A stretch of DNA of 64,000 nucleotides from an uncultured virus (IMG/VR IMGVR_UViG_3300046359_000084). Taxonomy: Duplodnaviria > Heunggongvirae > Uroviricota > Caudoviricetes > Schitoviridae. Where the stretch lies: the IMG/VR virus record IMGVR_UViG_3300046359_000084; one strand, written 5' to 3'. A model generated the notes under the pieces. It did no database searches, was not told the DNA's origin, and worked only from the letters and a program-made list of their open reading frames with translations. Below, piece after piece: positions 22,052-31,784 of the stretch (positions within the stretch are counted from its first letter, which is position 1; each line of letters begins with the position of its first letter). A program made the translations under genes and the position numbers.

Positions 22052-22300
22052 TTATTCCTTTTTTAATAAATCTGTTTCATTACTAAATAATATAATTAAT
22101 GATTTTAAATACGCTAATGCTTGATACATCGTATTAAAATAAATTAATGTTTTGTAATGCCATCTAGGTTTTAATATTGTTAAATTAATTGAATAAGATA
22201 AATCATTTATACCTATAATTAAATTATTTGGATTAAACACTTTTGTATTAAGAAAGAATAAGTTTTCTCGTATATGTTCTTTTAATTCTTTTATTTTCAT
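22052..22300 (-). CDS. Hypothetical protein
   Basis: 82-aa ORF overlapping the upstream stop. Confidence 0.5.
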   Translation of the reverse strand: MKIKELKEHIRENLFFLNTKVFNPNNLIIGINDLSYSINLTILKPRWHYKTLIYFNTMYQALAYLKSLIILFSNETDLLKKE

Positions 22301-22851
22301 AATATTTCTTCTTTTTTATAATAAATGATTGAAGCTACAACTTCTAAATCAAGATCATATCTTTCTAATAGTACAAAATGTATATAATATTTATCTATAA
22401 AGGTATTAATATATTTTGTAATATCATTATATTGATTTTTTACTATACTTTTAAAAAAACTTTTTGTATCAAAATATATAAAATCTACAGCATTACGAGC
22501 TATAAGAAAATTTATTTGTTTAATATGTTTTTTTAATAATATAATATCTTCTATTTTATTTTCAAAAACAGGATTACCTATATCTTTTATTAAGTTATTT
22601 GTAGTTAAAGGTTTTACAATAGACTCAGGATAATTACAAAATACCTTAGAGTATGTATGTGGTAAATCAATTTCTTTAACGATATTATAGAATATATCTT
22701 GTAATTCTTTAAAAGTAAGTATTTGTACGGGAATATAACTATCTCGTGCTAACTCATAAATAAATTTACTTTTCCACCTAAAAACACCATTTAATAATTT
22801 TTGATAATAATATTGTTTAGATTTACGTTTATCTTTAAATCTTTTTTTCAT
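22297..22851 (-). CDS. Hypothetical protein
   Basis: 184-aa ORF directly after DNA polymerase. Confidence 0.55.
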   Translation of the reverse strand: MKKRFKDKRKSKQYYYQKLLNGVFRWKSKFIYELARDSYIPVQILTFKELQDIFYNIVKEIDLPHTYSKVFCNYPESIVKPLTTNNLIKDIGNPVFENKIEDIILLKKHIKQINFLIARNAVDFIYFDTKSFFKSIVKNQYNDITKYINTFIDKYYIHFVLLERYDLDLEVVASIIYYKKEEIL

Positions 22852-22853
22852 AA

Positions 22854-25427
22854 TTAATCTTTATTTAGATGATTGTTAATTAATGTTCTTAGTTCTTCTG
22901 GCTCAATATTGTTAGGTATAACAAGCTCATTATCTTTATCCCAGTTAGGATAAAATAATGATAACTCACCAGATAGTTTTACTTTATCGTGATATATGTT
23001 TGGATCATCTTGCCATTGAATTTCTTTAATAAGATTTTCATTAACATACTGTAAAACATTAATATCAGGTCTAACAAGATAATACTGTGCATCATGGATA
23101 TGACATATTGGTTTAATATCATACTTATATTTACTAGATCGAACCTTGTTCATAAATGCTGAACAAGCTCTGTTATTAAGCATACCGTATGATTGTCCTA
23201 ATGCGTTACCTGCTGTTCTACCTTCAGCAGATGCTTCAATAGGTGTTTTAGAATTACCTAATATAACTTGTTTAAGAAGTGGAGTTCTCAATCGTAAACC
23301 AAAAGCACATTGTACATAGCCTGTATTTGTAGCTTCAAGTAGTTTATTTTGTACCCAAGTAACTGATGCGTTATATAATTTCTTGTATCTAGCTTCAATT
23401 ATTTTAGCTGTTTCAATAGGTAAACCTAAGTTTTTATGTAAAGTATGATATGTTCCAGCATAAGTACAGGCAAATGTAATATTCTTACTTGATTGACGTA
23501 ATTCAGGAAATTGTTTTTTAATTTTAGCAATTTCGTTTGGATCATTATCATTAAAACCTAATTCGTAATAAGCGTTAGCGTTAAGGCAATGACCATCAAA
23601 TCCATCAGTAAATACTTTTAATTTAACTGGATCTTTAGATAATAAAGCAGATATACGATCTTCAAGTCCATTAAAATCTATACCAACAAGTAACCATTTA
23701 TCTGTTGATATAAAACACTCCTTAAGAGGTTTTGCATATATTGAACCAGTAGCAGGAAGATTCTGTAAATTAATTGAATGACTACTCATTCTACCAGATT
23801 TAGTTCCACCTAATTTAAATGAACCAAACAAATAATGACAGTCTGTATTTTCATCATATTGTGCTTTTTGAAATGCAGGAATAAATGAAGATAACATCTT
23901 ATCAATATCTTTATACGCAATAGTGTTATTTATAAATTCTATTGCTTCTGGATCAGTAGTATGATTAACAAGTTTACCAATTACTTTTTTACCAGTAGCA
24001 GGATTCTTTTTATGTGTATAATCTAAAATAGGTAGATTATAGTATTTTGAACCATATAAAATATTTGTAAGATCATTATTAGAATTAAGATTAAATTGAT
24101 ATTTACAGTCATCTATTGTAACTCTTTTTTTCTTTAATCTAGTATTTTCTGATTCTACCCATTGTTCAATCATATCATTTCGATATTCTTTAACTGTAGG
24201 TAATTGTAATATTATATCTAAATGTTCATTATATTTTTTAGATAAATTATTTTTAACAATATTTACTTGGTTCAAATTAATAGGTAAACCTGTAAGCTGC
24301 ATTTGAATAATATCTTTAACAGCTGGTTTAAATATATTGTTATAAATATCTAGTTGATTGTCTTGGATCATTATTGGTTCATATTTTTCTTTTACAAACC
24401 ATGTAGATAATCCATCAATTAAGTTATAACGTAAGAGTTTATCATACGGTATATCTAAAACATTGTTAATACCTTCAACAGAATAATTACCACTAAATTC
24501 ATGTGATAATTGTTTAAGTGATAATGAATACTTAGCTGTTGAATTAATTGCTAAATAAGTAATTAACATTGTATCATCGAAGTTTTTTAACATAACGTTA
24601 AGACCTTCTAATAATCCTTTAGTATCAGATAAATGATCCATAAATAAAACATATATCAATACAGTTACATCAAATGAAATGTTATGATAAATTGCTTTAC
24701 CCTTATATTTAATAAAAAACTCTTTTAATAATTCTTTCACAGATTGATTGTCTATACGTTGATTATCTTCTGTTATATCCACAGGGATAACAATACCAGT
24801 GTGTTTATCTAAACACATTGTAATGCTTGCTATACCAGCATTATAGTGTTTTAAATCAAAAGTTTCTATATCTATGGTTAAAGGTATATCATATTGAATA
24901 AACTCTCTAAGAGAACTAATTATTTGATCTTCTGTATCAAGGATTCTATAATCTTCAATAATATTTGAACCAGGAATAATATAATTATTATTTCTATGTG
25001 TGTTTAAAGAAGTTAATGCTTGTTGTATTGATTCTCTTACTTTTGCTGGATCATAAAAGATAGTTTTATACGATGGACAGTAAATAACCTTATATGAACC
25101 ACAAAAAGAATCTAATACATAATTTTGTACATTAATAACTTTTGATACTTTAGCGATTGTTTTAAAGTATTCTGCGTCACAGATGATAAGATATTTAACT
25201 TCTTTAAGTTTAAGATAATAATCTAATTCTTCCCAATATTCCTTTATCACAGATACTGGGGTTTTCTTAGATTGTTTGTATAAACTGTAAGCAATAACAT
25301 TTTTTGAATCATTTAAATGAATCAGATATTCTGATTCAATAGATTTTTTATTAAGATCAGAATGTAATATTGCTATATCATAGAAATCTTGTTCTGGTTC
25401 AGTAAAGGTTAAATATTTTACTGTCAT
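22854..25427 (-). CDS. Family A DNA polymerase (N4 gp39-like)
   Basis: Exonuclease IDIETF, HNISFD, YNLID; polymerase motifs DFNGLEDR, RQSSKNITFACTYAG, HIHDAQY. Confidence 0.96.
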   Translation of the reverse strand: MTVKYLTFTEPEQDFYDIAILHSDLNKKSIESEYLIHLNDSKNVIAYSLYKQSKKTPVSVIKEYWEELDYYLKLKEVKYLIICDAEYFKTIAKVSKVINVQNYVLDSFCGSYKVIYCPSYKTIFYDPAKVRESIQQALTSLNTHRNNNYIIPGSNIIEDYRILDTEDQIISSLREFIQYDIPLTIDIETFDLKHYNAGIASITMCLDKHTGIVIPVDITEDNQRIDNQSVKELLKEFFIKYKGKAIYHNISFDVTVLIYVLFMDHLSDTKGLLEGLNVMLKNFDDTMLITYLAINSTAKYSLSLKQLSHEFSGNYSVEGINNVLDIPYDKLLRYNLIDGLSTWFVKEKYEPIMIQDNQLDIYNNIFKPAVKDIIQMQLTGLPINLNQVNIVKNNLSKKYNEHLDIILQLPTVKEYRNDMIEQWVESENTRLKKKRVTIDDCKYQFNLNSNNDLTNILYGSKYYNLPILDYTHKKNPATGKKVIGKLVNHTTDPEAIEFINNTIAYKDIDKMLSSFIPAFQKAQYDENTDCHYLFGSFKLGGTKSGRMSSHSINLQNLPATGSIYAKPLKECFISTDKWLLVGIDFNGLEDRISALLSKDPVKLKVFTDGFDGHCLNANAYYELGFNDNDPNEIAKIKKQFPELRQSSKNITFACTYAGTYHTLHKNLGLPIETAKIIEARYKKLYNASVTWVQNKLLEATNTGYVQCAFGLRLRTPLLKQVILGNSKTPIEASAEGRTAGNALGQSYGMLNNRACSAFMNKVRSSKYKYDIKPICHIHDAQYYLVRPDINVLQYVNENLIKEIQWQDDPNIYHDKVKLSGELSLFYPNWDKDNELVIPNNIEPEELRTLINNHLNKD

Positions 25428-25436
25428 ATAATTACT

Positions 25437-25619
25437 TTATTTTTTATATTGAATATGAGGATTAATTTTTGGTTGTATAAATACTACTTTAATTCTTTCT
25501 GGAGAATCTGAACTTGTAATTTCAACACCATCTAAATATTCGTTAAATAGTTGATCTGGATCATCATCTTCTGTTCTTAAATCAAATTCTACAATGTATT
25601 TTCTAAATTTAATTGTCAT
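25437..25619 (-). CDS. Hypothetical protein
   Basis: 60-aa ORF in operon. Confidence 0.45.
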   Translation of the reverse strand: MTIKFRKYIVEFDLRTEDDDPDQLFNEYLDGVEITSSDSPERIKVVFIQPKINPHIQYKK

Positions 25620-25632
25620 TATGTTGAATTCT

Positions 25633-25836
25633 TTATTTTTGATTAATTATGTTATTTAAACGTATAATTTCTAACGCTAATTTATCTTTACCGTAAAAAC
25701 AATTATCACAATAACAGTTTTTTCTTGGTTCAGGTAAAGGTTCTTCCCATTGTGCATACGCATATTGGTGTATATAAAATGTATCACTTCTTGAATCTCT
25801 ATTACAAAGATATGTATATATTTCCTCTAATTCCAT
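25633..25836 (-). CDS. Small Cys-rich hypothetical protein
   Basis: LCNRD...CYCDNCFYG pattern, possible metal binding. Confidence 0.55.
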   Translation of the reverse strand: MELEEIYTYLCNRDSRSDTFYIHQYAYAQWEEPLPEPRKNCYCDNCFYGKDKLALEIIRLNNIINQK

Positions 25837-25841
25837 AGTAT

Positions 25842-26345
25842 TTAATCTCCATAAATATTATAAGATATATAAAAATAAATTTTACCAATAACATAATCAA
25901 ATTGTTTTAATAAAATAGGAGTATCTTTTAAAACAACTTTATAATCAATATTATCAATAAAATTAAATTGTAAATGATTGACAATAATCTTAGGTATTAA
26001 TCCGAAGAATTTATGTTTCTCAGGTAATGTATTTAATAAACTATTAAGATAAGTTTTAATTTGTTTTTTATCTTTTTGATAATTTACATAATCAAAGAAT
26101 TTTAAGAAATCATCTTGTAAGTCTTTATGGAGTATTTGTGTACCCATACCTAATCTTACATTTTCAAGATTTCTATTAGGGATATACGTTTTATTATTAT
26201 AAACAAATCCTGCATAGTTTTGTTTATATAGTAAATTATTTTTCTTAGTTAATTCAACAATCTTTTTATGTAAAATTGTTTCAGAATTAAGAAATAAAAA
26301 ATCTATAACTTTATTAACAGTTCTAATAATTTCTTCTTGGTTCAT
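25842..26345 (-). CDS. Hypothetical protein (N4 gp38-like position)
   Basis: 167 aa between helicase and polymerase; GFVYNNKTY...LHKDL. Confidence 0.55.
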   Translation of the reverse strand: MNQEEIIRTVNKVIDFLFLNSETILHKKIVELTKKNNLLYKQNYAGFVYNNKTYIPNRNLENVRLGMGTQILHKDLQDDFLKFFDYVNYQKDKKQIKTYLNSLLNTLPEKHKFFGLIPKIIVNHLQFNFIDNIDYKVVLKDTPILLKQFDYVIGKIYFYISYNIYGD

Positions 26346-26356
26346 AAGTTTTCCTA

Positions 26357-27655
26357 TTATGGTTTTGTATAATCGTAAATATATACATCTTTCTTAGCTC
26401 TACTTACTGCTACATAAAGTAATCTAGCAAGTGTATTAATTTGTGTACAAGTCATTAAATCCCAGTAATCTATAACAGCAAAATCAAAAGTTGATCCTTG
26501 AGATTTATGAATTGTTCTAGCATCAGCTGATGTAAAATTAGGTATAGATTCTTTACAAGTATAATGTGTTGTCCATATTTTTTGTCTAGCAGTTTCTTTT
26601 ATTACAGACAGAACTTCACTATAATTTACAGGTATATGTAAACTAAACTGATAATTTTGATCATTTAAAGCATACATATTTGTAGCTTTATACATACCTG
26701 ATTTAAATTTAGGTATATCTTGTGGGTAATCTATATCTGTTTCTAAAATTATTCTATCACTGACAATAGGTAAATGAACCAATGTATCTGTACTAAGTGT
26801 ACATTTTGTATTTAATTTTAAATAATTATTGTTTATAAGGGTTTCACCAGATTCAAACATTATAGGATTTAATCCTCGTTTGTTTCTTATATACTCATTG
26901 TATTCATTAACAGTTTTATTGGTATAAGCTAGTATAATTCCTTTATGATCTAAAGGAATAAACTTATTTTCTATTAAATCTTTTAAATCAGATTTACCAA
27001 TAACAGTTACATAGTTAGCTAATTCTTGTATTGGTTCAATTAATGATGTTGATACATTCTGTTTTAGTTTATTTACTAAGTCTTGTAATCTTTGATTACA
27101 AGCAGATCTGATTAATGTGTTTAATACAGCAGTAGGTTTATCTTTTGTAAATACAATAGAGTCTTTTGCTTTAACTGCAAGTAGTTGTTTATCATCACCT
27201 ACATAAATAATTTTACAAGTGTGATCCAAAGCTAAATCAATATATTTTTTTAGTTTATAATCAATCATTGATGATTCATCTATGATTAATAACAAGTTTG
27301 AATATCCTGTCCAATTATTATTTTTAGATAATATTGTTTCTCCTGTTTGAAAATCATTAAATAATTTTAAATTTAAAAAACTATGTAATGTTGTAACTTT
27401 ATTTGATATAGATTGTTGTAATACATCTACAGCTTTATGTGTAAGTGCAGTAAACATTATATTTTTTATTTCTGGTTCATCATAATAAAGATTAGATATT
27501 TTTACATAATCTTGATACAAATTTGTTTGTAGATAATTTAATAAAAAGCTCTTTCCTGTACCAGCTGAGCCAGTAAGAACAAACTCTCTTTTATCAGATA
27601 AGAGAAATTTTATAATCTCATCTGCTGCTAGTTGTTGATCTACATTTAACATCAT
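26357..27655 (-). CDS. SF1 (Dda/RecD-like) DNA helicase (N4 gp37-like)
   Basis: GSAGTGKS, IIDESSMI, YVGDDKQL, TIHKSQGSTF, LYVAVSRA. Confidence 0.93.
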   Translation of the reverse strand: MMLNVDQQLAADEIIKFLLSDKREFVLTGSAGTGKSFLLNYLQTNLYQDYVKISNLYYDEPEIKNIMFTALTHKAVDVLQQSISNKVTTLHSFLNLKLFNDFQTGETILSKNNNWTGYSNLLLIIDESSMIDYKLKKYIDLALDHTCKIIYVGDDKQLLAVKAKDSIVFTKDKPTAVLNTLIRSACNQRLQDLVNKLKQNVSTSLIEPIQELANYVTVIGKSDLKDLIENKFIPLDHKGIILAYTNKTVNEYNEYIRNKRGLNPIMFESGETLINNNYLKLNTKCTLSTDTLVHLPIVSDRIILETDIDYPQDIPKFKSGMYKATNMYALNDQNYQFSLHIPVNYSEVLSVIKETARQKIWTTHYTCKESIPNFTSADARTIHKSQGSTFDFAVIDYWDLMTCTQINTLARLLYVAVSRAKKDVYIYDYTKP

Positions 27656-27660
27656 TATCC

Positions 27661-27930
27661 CTATATTTTTAATCTATTTATTAATTGCTTTAACTTATCT
27701 AATTCAGGAAATAAATATATCCACATACTTGTATCAGGAGAAAACTCTGTTTTAAAAAATATATCGCATATTGAATTATCAGTTGATACATTTGGATTTA
27801 TTTTTTTAGCTAGTTTATCAAATTCATCATTTGAGATCCAAGACTCATCGGCTAATTCATACATACAAGCTGCAATCAATAATCTTATACGATTACGTTT
27901 TTCTATTTCAACTACTGATGGTCCGTACAT
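27661..27930 (-). CDS. Stand-alone NAD+-dependent DNA ligase subdomain Ia-like protein
   Basis: LLIAACMYELADESWISNDEFDKL resembles the LigA N-terminal YY...P.ISD.EYD.L pattern; no catalytic KxDG. Confidence 0.6.
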   Translation of the reverse strand: MYGPSVVEIEKRNRIRLLIAACMYELADESWISNDEFDKLAKKINPNVSTDNSICDIFFKTEFSPDTSMWIYLFPELDKLKQLINRLKI

Positions 27931-27944
27931 AAATTTTTATCTCT

Positions 27945-28316
27945 TTAAGTTCTGTATGTGTATTTTAATGGTGCTGGTTTTATGTAACATAATTTATGAT
28001 GCTCTTTACAGTACACAGAGTTTAACTTTTGATCTTTTGCACAAAAATGAAAATCTTTCTTTTTTGGATCTCCAATAGGAAATTTACATTGCCCATCTTT
28101 AATATGTTTTATTAATGTAGGTGTACTAACATTTAATGGGATAGGTTTAATTTTTTTCTTGGTTTGGGAGATAAGATTTCTACTTAAAAATCCTGCTACA
28201 GCTCCTACAGTTGTATCGTATTTTACTGCTATTTGGGAGTAAGTTAAGTTATTCAATCTATCTTGTCGTATTTGTTCTAAGTATTGGTTTAATAAACAAT
28301 TTGATTTTCTTCCCAT
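27945..28316 (-). CDS. gcrA: GcrA-like transcription regulator
   Basis: N-terminal HTH LTYSQIAVKYDTTVGAVAGFLSR; C-terminal CKFPIGDPKKKDFHFC...YCKEHHKLCY matches the GcrA CRWPIGDP...FHFCG...YC..H...Y pattern. Confidence 0.85.
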   Translation of the reverse strand: MGRKSNCLLNQYLEQIRQDRLNNLTYSQIAVKYDTTVGAVAGFLSRNLISQTKKKIKPIPLNVSTPTLIKHIKDGQCKFPIGDPKKKDFHFCAKDQKLNSVYCKEHHKLCYIKPAPLKYTYRT

Positions 28317-28458
28317 ATAATACCTTATTTATTTTTTATATGTGTTTAATTGAGTTTATACATACTGGGTATCACTCAATTTACTTAGAATTATTAATAT
28401 AATTAAGTGAATGAAAAACAAATCACTTAATAGTAGTATAAGTACGCCATAGACCGTA

Positions 28459-28956
28459 TTATATTGCTTTCATTGGTTCATTGATTTGGTTCTGGTATTT
28501 ACCATTATACCCATCACAAACAAATTCTGTTTTAAATAACAGAAACTGTACAATAGGTTGACCTTTTTTAAGTCTTATAAACTTATGAGAATTATTTAAT
28601 AATTCAAGAGTCACATAACCATTAAATCCTGGATCAATAAATGTATTGTGGCTAAAGTTTAGATTACGTCTTGCTATTGTTGATTTTTCTGTAACAAGAA
28701 TATATCTATCATTAGGTAATGAAATACGTTCTCTTGTTGAACCAAGTTTAAAATTAGGTAATAGACCAAATGTTATGACACTTAACCATAATGGATATAA
28801 TGTTATATCTTGGTTTAAATGAGCATCATAAGATAGTGTATTTGATCCACCACCAGATAAACCTGATGAATGTTTATATTTAGGTACAAAGTTTCCTATA
28901 ATAGATTTCCATATATCTATGTAATTATCTTTAGCATTGTTGGTTATATGAGCCAT
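28459..28956 (-). CDS. dcd: dCTP deaminase
   Basis: SYDAHL, EKSTIARR, FIDPGFNGYVTLEL, PIVQFLL, YNGKYQNQ. Confidence 0.88.
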   Translation of the reverse strand: MAHITNNAKDNYIDIWKSIIGNFVPKYKHSSGLSGGGSNTLSYDAHLNQDITLYPLWLSVITFGLLPNFKLGSTRERISLPNDRYILVTEKSTIARRNLNFSHNTFIDPGFNGYVTLELLNNSHKFIRLKKGQPIVQFLLFKTEFVCDGYNGKYQNQINEPMKAI

Positions 28957-29404
28957 ATTTTAACTTTTCTTTTTCTATAGATTCTTCGATATATTTTTTA
29001 TAAAAATGTATTTGATAAGGTATATTGTTTACAGGATACTCATTATAAATTAAACCATGGACACATAGTATAAACCTTATTAAACTATGTTGATTAACTG
29101 ACAAATTTATCTCTTTGTTTAAAAAATTGTTAATTAATTCCCCCATATTTACGTTTTTATTAAGAGAAATAGTTAATAAATTGATTTGTTTATCAAGCGA
29201 TAAACTAAAAAACTTATCAATGTAGTGTTTAGCTTTTTCTAAATCTTGTAATCCATTTTTATTTTTACATCTGTAAATATATTTAATAGCGTTAGCTAAT
29301 AAAAAGTTTAAATTAATATCAGTAATTAAATCCCATAATTGATACTTATCTTTTGTTTGATAATGATTACCTGCTACTTGGTAATCATTCGGTTCATAGG
29401 TCAT
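28931..29404 (-). CDS. DUF3310-family phage protein
   Basis: YQVAGNHY...NAIKYIYRCKNKNGLQDLEKAKHYI. Confidence 0.8.
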   Translation of the reverse strand: MTYEPNDYQVAGNHYQTKDKYQLWDLITDINLNFLLANAIKYIYRCKNKNGLQDLEKAKHYIDKFFSLSLDKQINLLTISLNKNVNMGELINNFLNKEINLSVNQHSLIRFILCVHGLIYNEYPVNNIPYQIHFYKKYIEESIEKEKLKYGSYNQQC

Positions 29405-29407
29405 TGT

Positions 29408-29755
29408 TTAATCCTTTTTATATTTTTGTAACAATTTATTTAAATGGTTTCTTCTTGAATCTATTGTTAATAATTTTTCTTGGAAATAAGTAAGATGGGA
29501 TTCTCTTTCTAAACGTATTTCAGTAATTTCTTTAATTAAGAGATATGGTATATCTTTATTGTTTACAATACGTTCACTTACTGCTTTATTATTTTTATTA
29601 AAACCTACTCCAGTATATTTACAATATTTAATATTTTTTATAAAAACATGATGTTCTTCTTCAATTTCAATTATTTCTTCAGTGTATTGTTTAAACATAA
29701 ATCCATTGTATTCAACAATTACATTTGAACCAACAGACAAAAATTGATCAATCAT
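29408..29755 (-). CDS. Hypothetical protein
   Basis: 115-aa ORF in operon. Confidence 0.5.
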   Translation of the reverse strand: MIDQFLSVGSNVIVEYNGFMFKQYTEEIIEIEEEHHVFIKNIKYCKYTGVGFNKNNKAVSERIVNNKDIPYLLIKEITEIRLERESHLTYFQEKLLTIDSRRNHLNKLLQKYKKD

Positions 29756-29760
29756 ATTAT

Positions 29761-30513
29761 TTACTCTTCAAATGGTTTAATATCTTGATAGATACTGTTA
29801 TATCTTTTTTGCATCAGTTTTTGTACTTGTCTAAATACAATTCTTATCTCTTCTTCTGCGTGATCAGATGTTCTCATTTTAATGATATGTCTTAATGCTC
29901 TATGATTAGCAGTCATAATAATTGTATTAGACTGTCCGTTAGGAAGTAATCTTCTTAATGCTGATGTAATTTCTTTTTTAGAAGTAAAGTCATGTTTATC
30001 TTCAAAATCTAATCGTTTAAAGCATTTTGTTTCAAGATCTTGATATAATAATTCAATCTGGCTCAATGCTTGAGAAAACTGTTCTGTTTCTTCTTTATTA
30101 AAACACATTGGATTATACGCTTCTAATTCATTAGTTCTTACATATCTACCTGATACTTGGCTATAGGCACAACCTGCTCTATGACGTACAAGCTCATGTG
30201 TAAATATACGAGATACATTTACAAATGCTAATGTGACTGAACCATGCTCTAATACTGATTCATGTCCAACTTTTAATAGATTACCAATATAATTGTAATT
30301 ATCATCTTTTCTTACATGAGTAAGGTTGTTATTAAGTTCTGTATCAAAACTCATATAACAAGTTTTACCAGCTACTTCGATAAGAGATTCAACATCTGTT
30401 GAACCGCATAAAGAATAGTTATTAGCGTTAATAGATTTAAGGTATTCATACATTCCTGTATTATTAATTATAGTTTCTGCAATAAGATGTACTTGTGGTT
30501 CAACGAGTTTCAT
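29761..30513 (-). CDS. thyX: FAD-dependent thymidylate synthase
   Basis: GHESVLEH and ThyX motif RHRAGCAYSQVSGRY. Confidence 0.95.
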   Translation of the reverse strand: MKLVEPQVHLIAETIINNTGMYEYLKSINANNYSLCGSTDVESLIEVAGKTCYMSFDTELNNNLTHVRKDDNYNYIGNLLKVGHESVLEHGSVTLAFVNVSRIFTHELVRHRAGCAYSQVSGRYVRTNELEAYNPMCFNKEETEQFSQALSQIELLYQDLETKCFKRLDFEDKHDFTSKKEITSALRRLLPNGQSNTIIMTANHRALRHIIKMRTSDHAEEEIRIVFRQVQKLMQKRYNSIYQDIKPFEE

Positions 30514-30517
30514 AAAT

Positions 30518-31071
30518 TTATTTCTTTACATTAATATTGATATTAGATTTACCATTTTGATATACACGATTAGATTTATAATCAACTGTTACAGTATATG
30601 GGTATGTTGTAACTTTTCCTTCAATATAAATTGGTGCTATAGTTCCTGTTTTTAAATCCGTACACATGATCCAGGTAGCTGATGTATTTTTTGAAGCGTA
30701 TAATCCATTTGGTTCAGCTTGGTCTATTGTTGCTAAACCATGATGACTATATTCTGTTTTTGTTGGATTTGTTAAACTTGTATCATAAGGTAAACCATAA
30801 CCAATAGAAGGACAATCTCCTTCAATAATTCCATAATCACTTCTCCATACTGTATGTGTACTAACTGTTGTATTTCTTGCTTGATATAATTGAATTATTA
30901 AATCTCTTTCTAAAGAGTAATCAAATACTGAAATTGGTTGACCAATAAGATATTGATTTTGTTGTTGTGCAACAGTATTGTTTTCTTTATCTGTATCACT
31001 TGCATTATTACAAGCAACAAGCAACAAGCAACAAGCGATAAAGTTAAAATTAGTAATAATAACTTATACAT
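30518..31071 (-). pseudogene. Phage lipoprotein, frameshifted by a heptamer repeat in the signal peptide (possible OFF phase)
   Basis: ATG at 31071 with AGGGA RBS starts MYKLLLLILTLSLVAC but is out of frame with the body QPISVFDYSLER...QAEPNGLY; removing 14 nt or adding 7 nt of repeat restores the frame. Confidence 0.7.
31011..31036. repeat. Heptamer tandem repeat (CAAGCAA)x3 plus CAAGC
   Basis: caagcaa caagcaa caagcaa caagc read directly. Confidence 0.95.
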
Positions 31072-31072
31072 T

Positions 31073-31351
31073 TTAATTCCCTATATTTAATTGGTATTGG
31101 ATTGATTTTTGTTTCTGTAGTAATTCTGTTTTTTCTTGCTCTGTAATTCTTGGATCAGATAATGCTGAGTTAATACCTATCAATTCTGCATTTAACATTT
31201 TGGTTCTAGCTTTATCAGTAGCTGTTTTTTGATAAGAGTTTTCCATAACTACTCTATCTATAGCAACTGAACTAAAACGTAATAATGAACTGATTACAAA
31301 CACAGTTATTATTAAACTTATCCCCGCAAATATGCTTAAAAGTATTTTCAT
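31073..31351 (-). CDS. Membrane-anchored protein upstream of the lipoprotein
   Basis: N-terminal TM segment followed by a helical soluble domain. Confidence 0.6.
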   Translation of the reverse strand: MKILLSIFAGISLIITVFVISSLLRFSSVAIDRVVMENSYQKTATDKARTKMLNAELIGINSALSDPRITEQEKTELLQKQKSIQYQLNIGN

Positions 31352-31560
31352 GTATTATAACTTTCTTCATGTATTAAATTTTCAATTTGATCATTAATAC
31401 TAATCTTTTTATGATGTTTAGCAATAAATCTACTTGCTTGATTTTTGTTTAATCCAAACTGATCAACAATTTCTTGTGTTGACATTATTTCTCCAACATA
31501 TTCTTCTTTTGAATCATAATATGTTTGTAAAGTTGTTATTAATGATTTAATTGTTGGCAT
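31348..31560 (-). CDS. Hypothetical protein
   Basis: 70-aa ORF. Confidence 0.5.
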   Translation of the reverse strand: MPTIKSLITTLQTYYDSKEEYVGEIMSTQEIVDQFGLNKNQASRFIAKHHKKISINDQIENLIHEESYNT

Positions 31561-31580
31561 TTGTTATCTCTTTGTTAAAA

Positions 31581-31766
31581 TTACTCTGATGGAAATGCTT
31601 TTGTTAATGTAGATGCTACAATTTTAGTTTTATTTATTGGTTTACTATTGTTATAGATTTTTCTGTATTTATGTATTCGATTTATGTGTTTTCTATAAGA
31701 CTTTGCTTCCACTGAACTAAATAAAACCATGTACATTGTACCTAATATTACTAAAATTTTTAACAT
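31581..31766 (-). CDS. Small basic protein with signal peptide
   Basis: Hydrophobic N-terminus ending VEA, Lys/Arg-rich remainder. Confidence 0.45.
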   Translation of the reverse strand: MLKILVILGTMYMVLFSSVEAKSYRKHINRIHKYRKIYNNSKPINKTKIVASTLTKAFPSE

Positions 31767-31784
31767 ATCATTTCCATTTTAAGT

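Noticed and set aside
30518..31351. Membrane protein plus lipoprotein pair as i-spanin/o-spanin
   Set aside because: Lies in the middle-gene block far from the lysis genes, and the lipoprotein is large and not Pro-rich; no spanins were recognised next to the endolysin and holin
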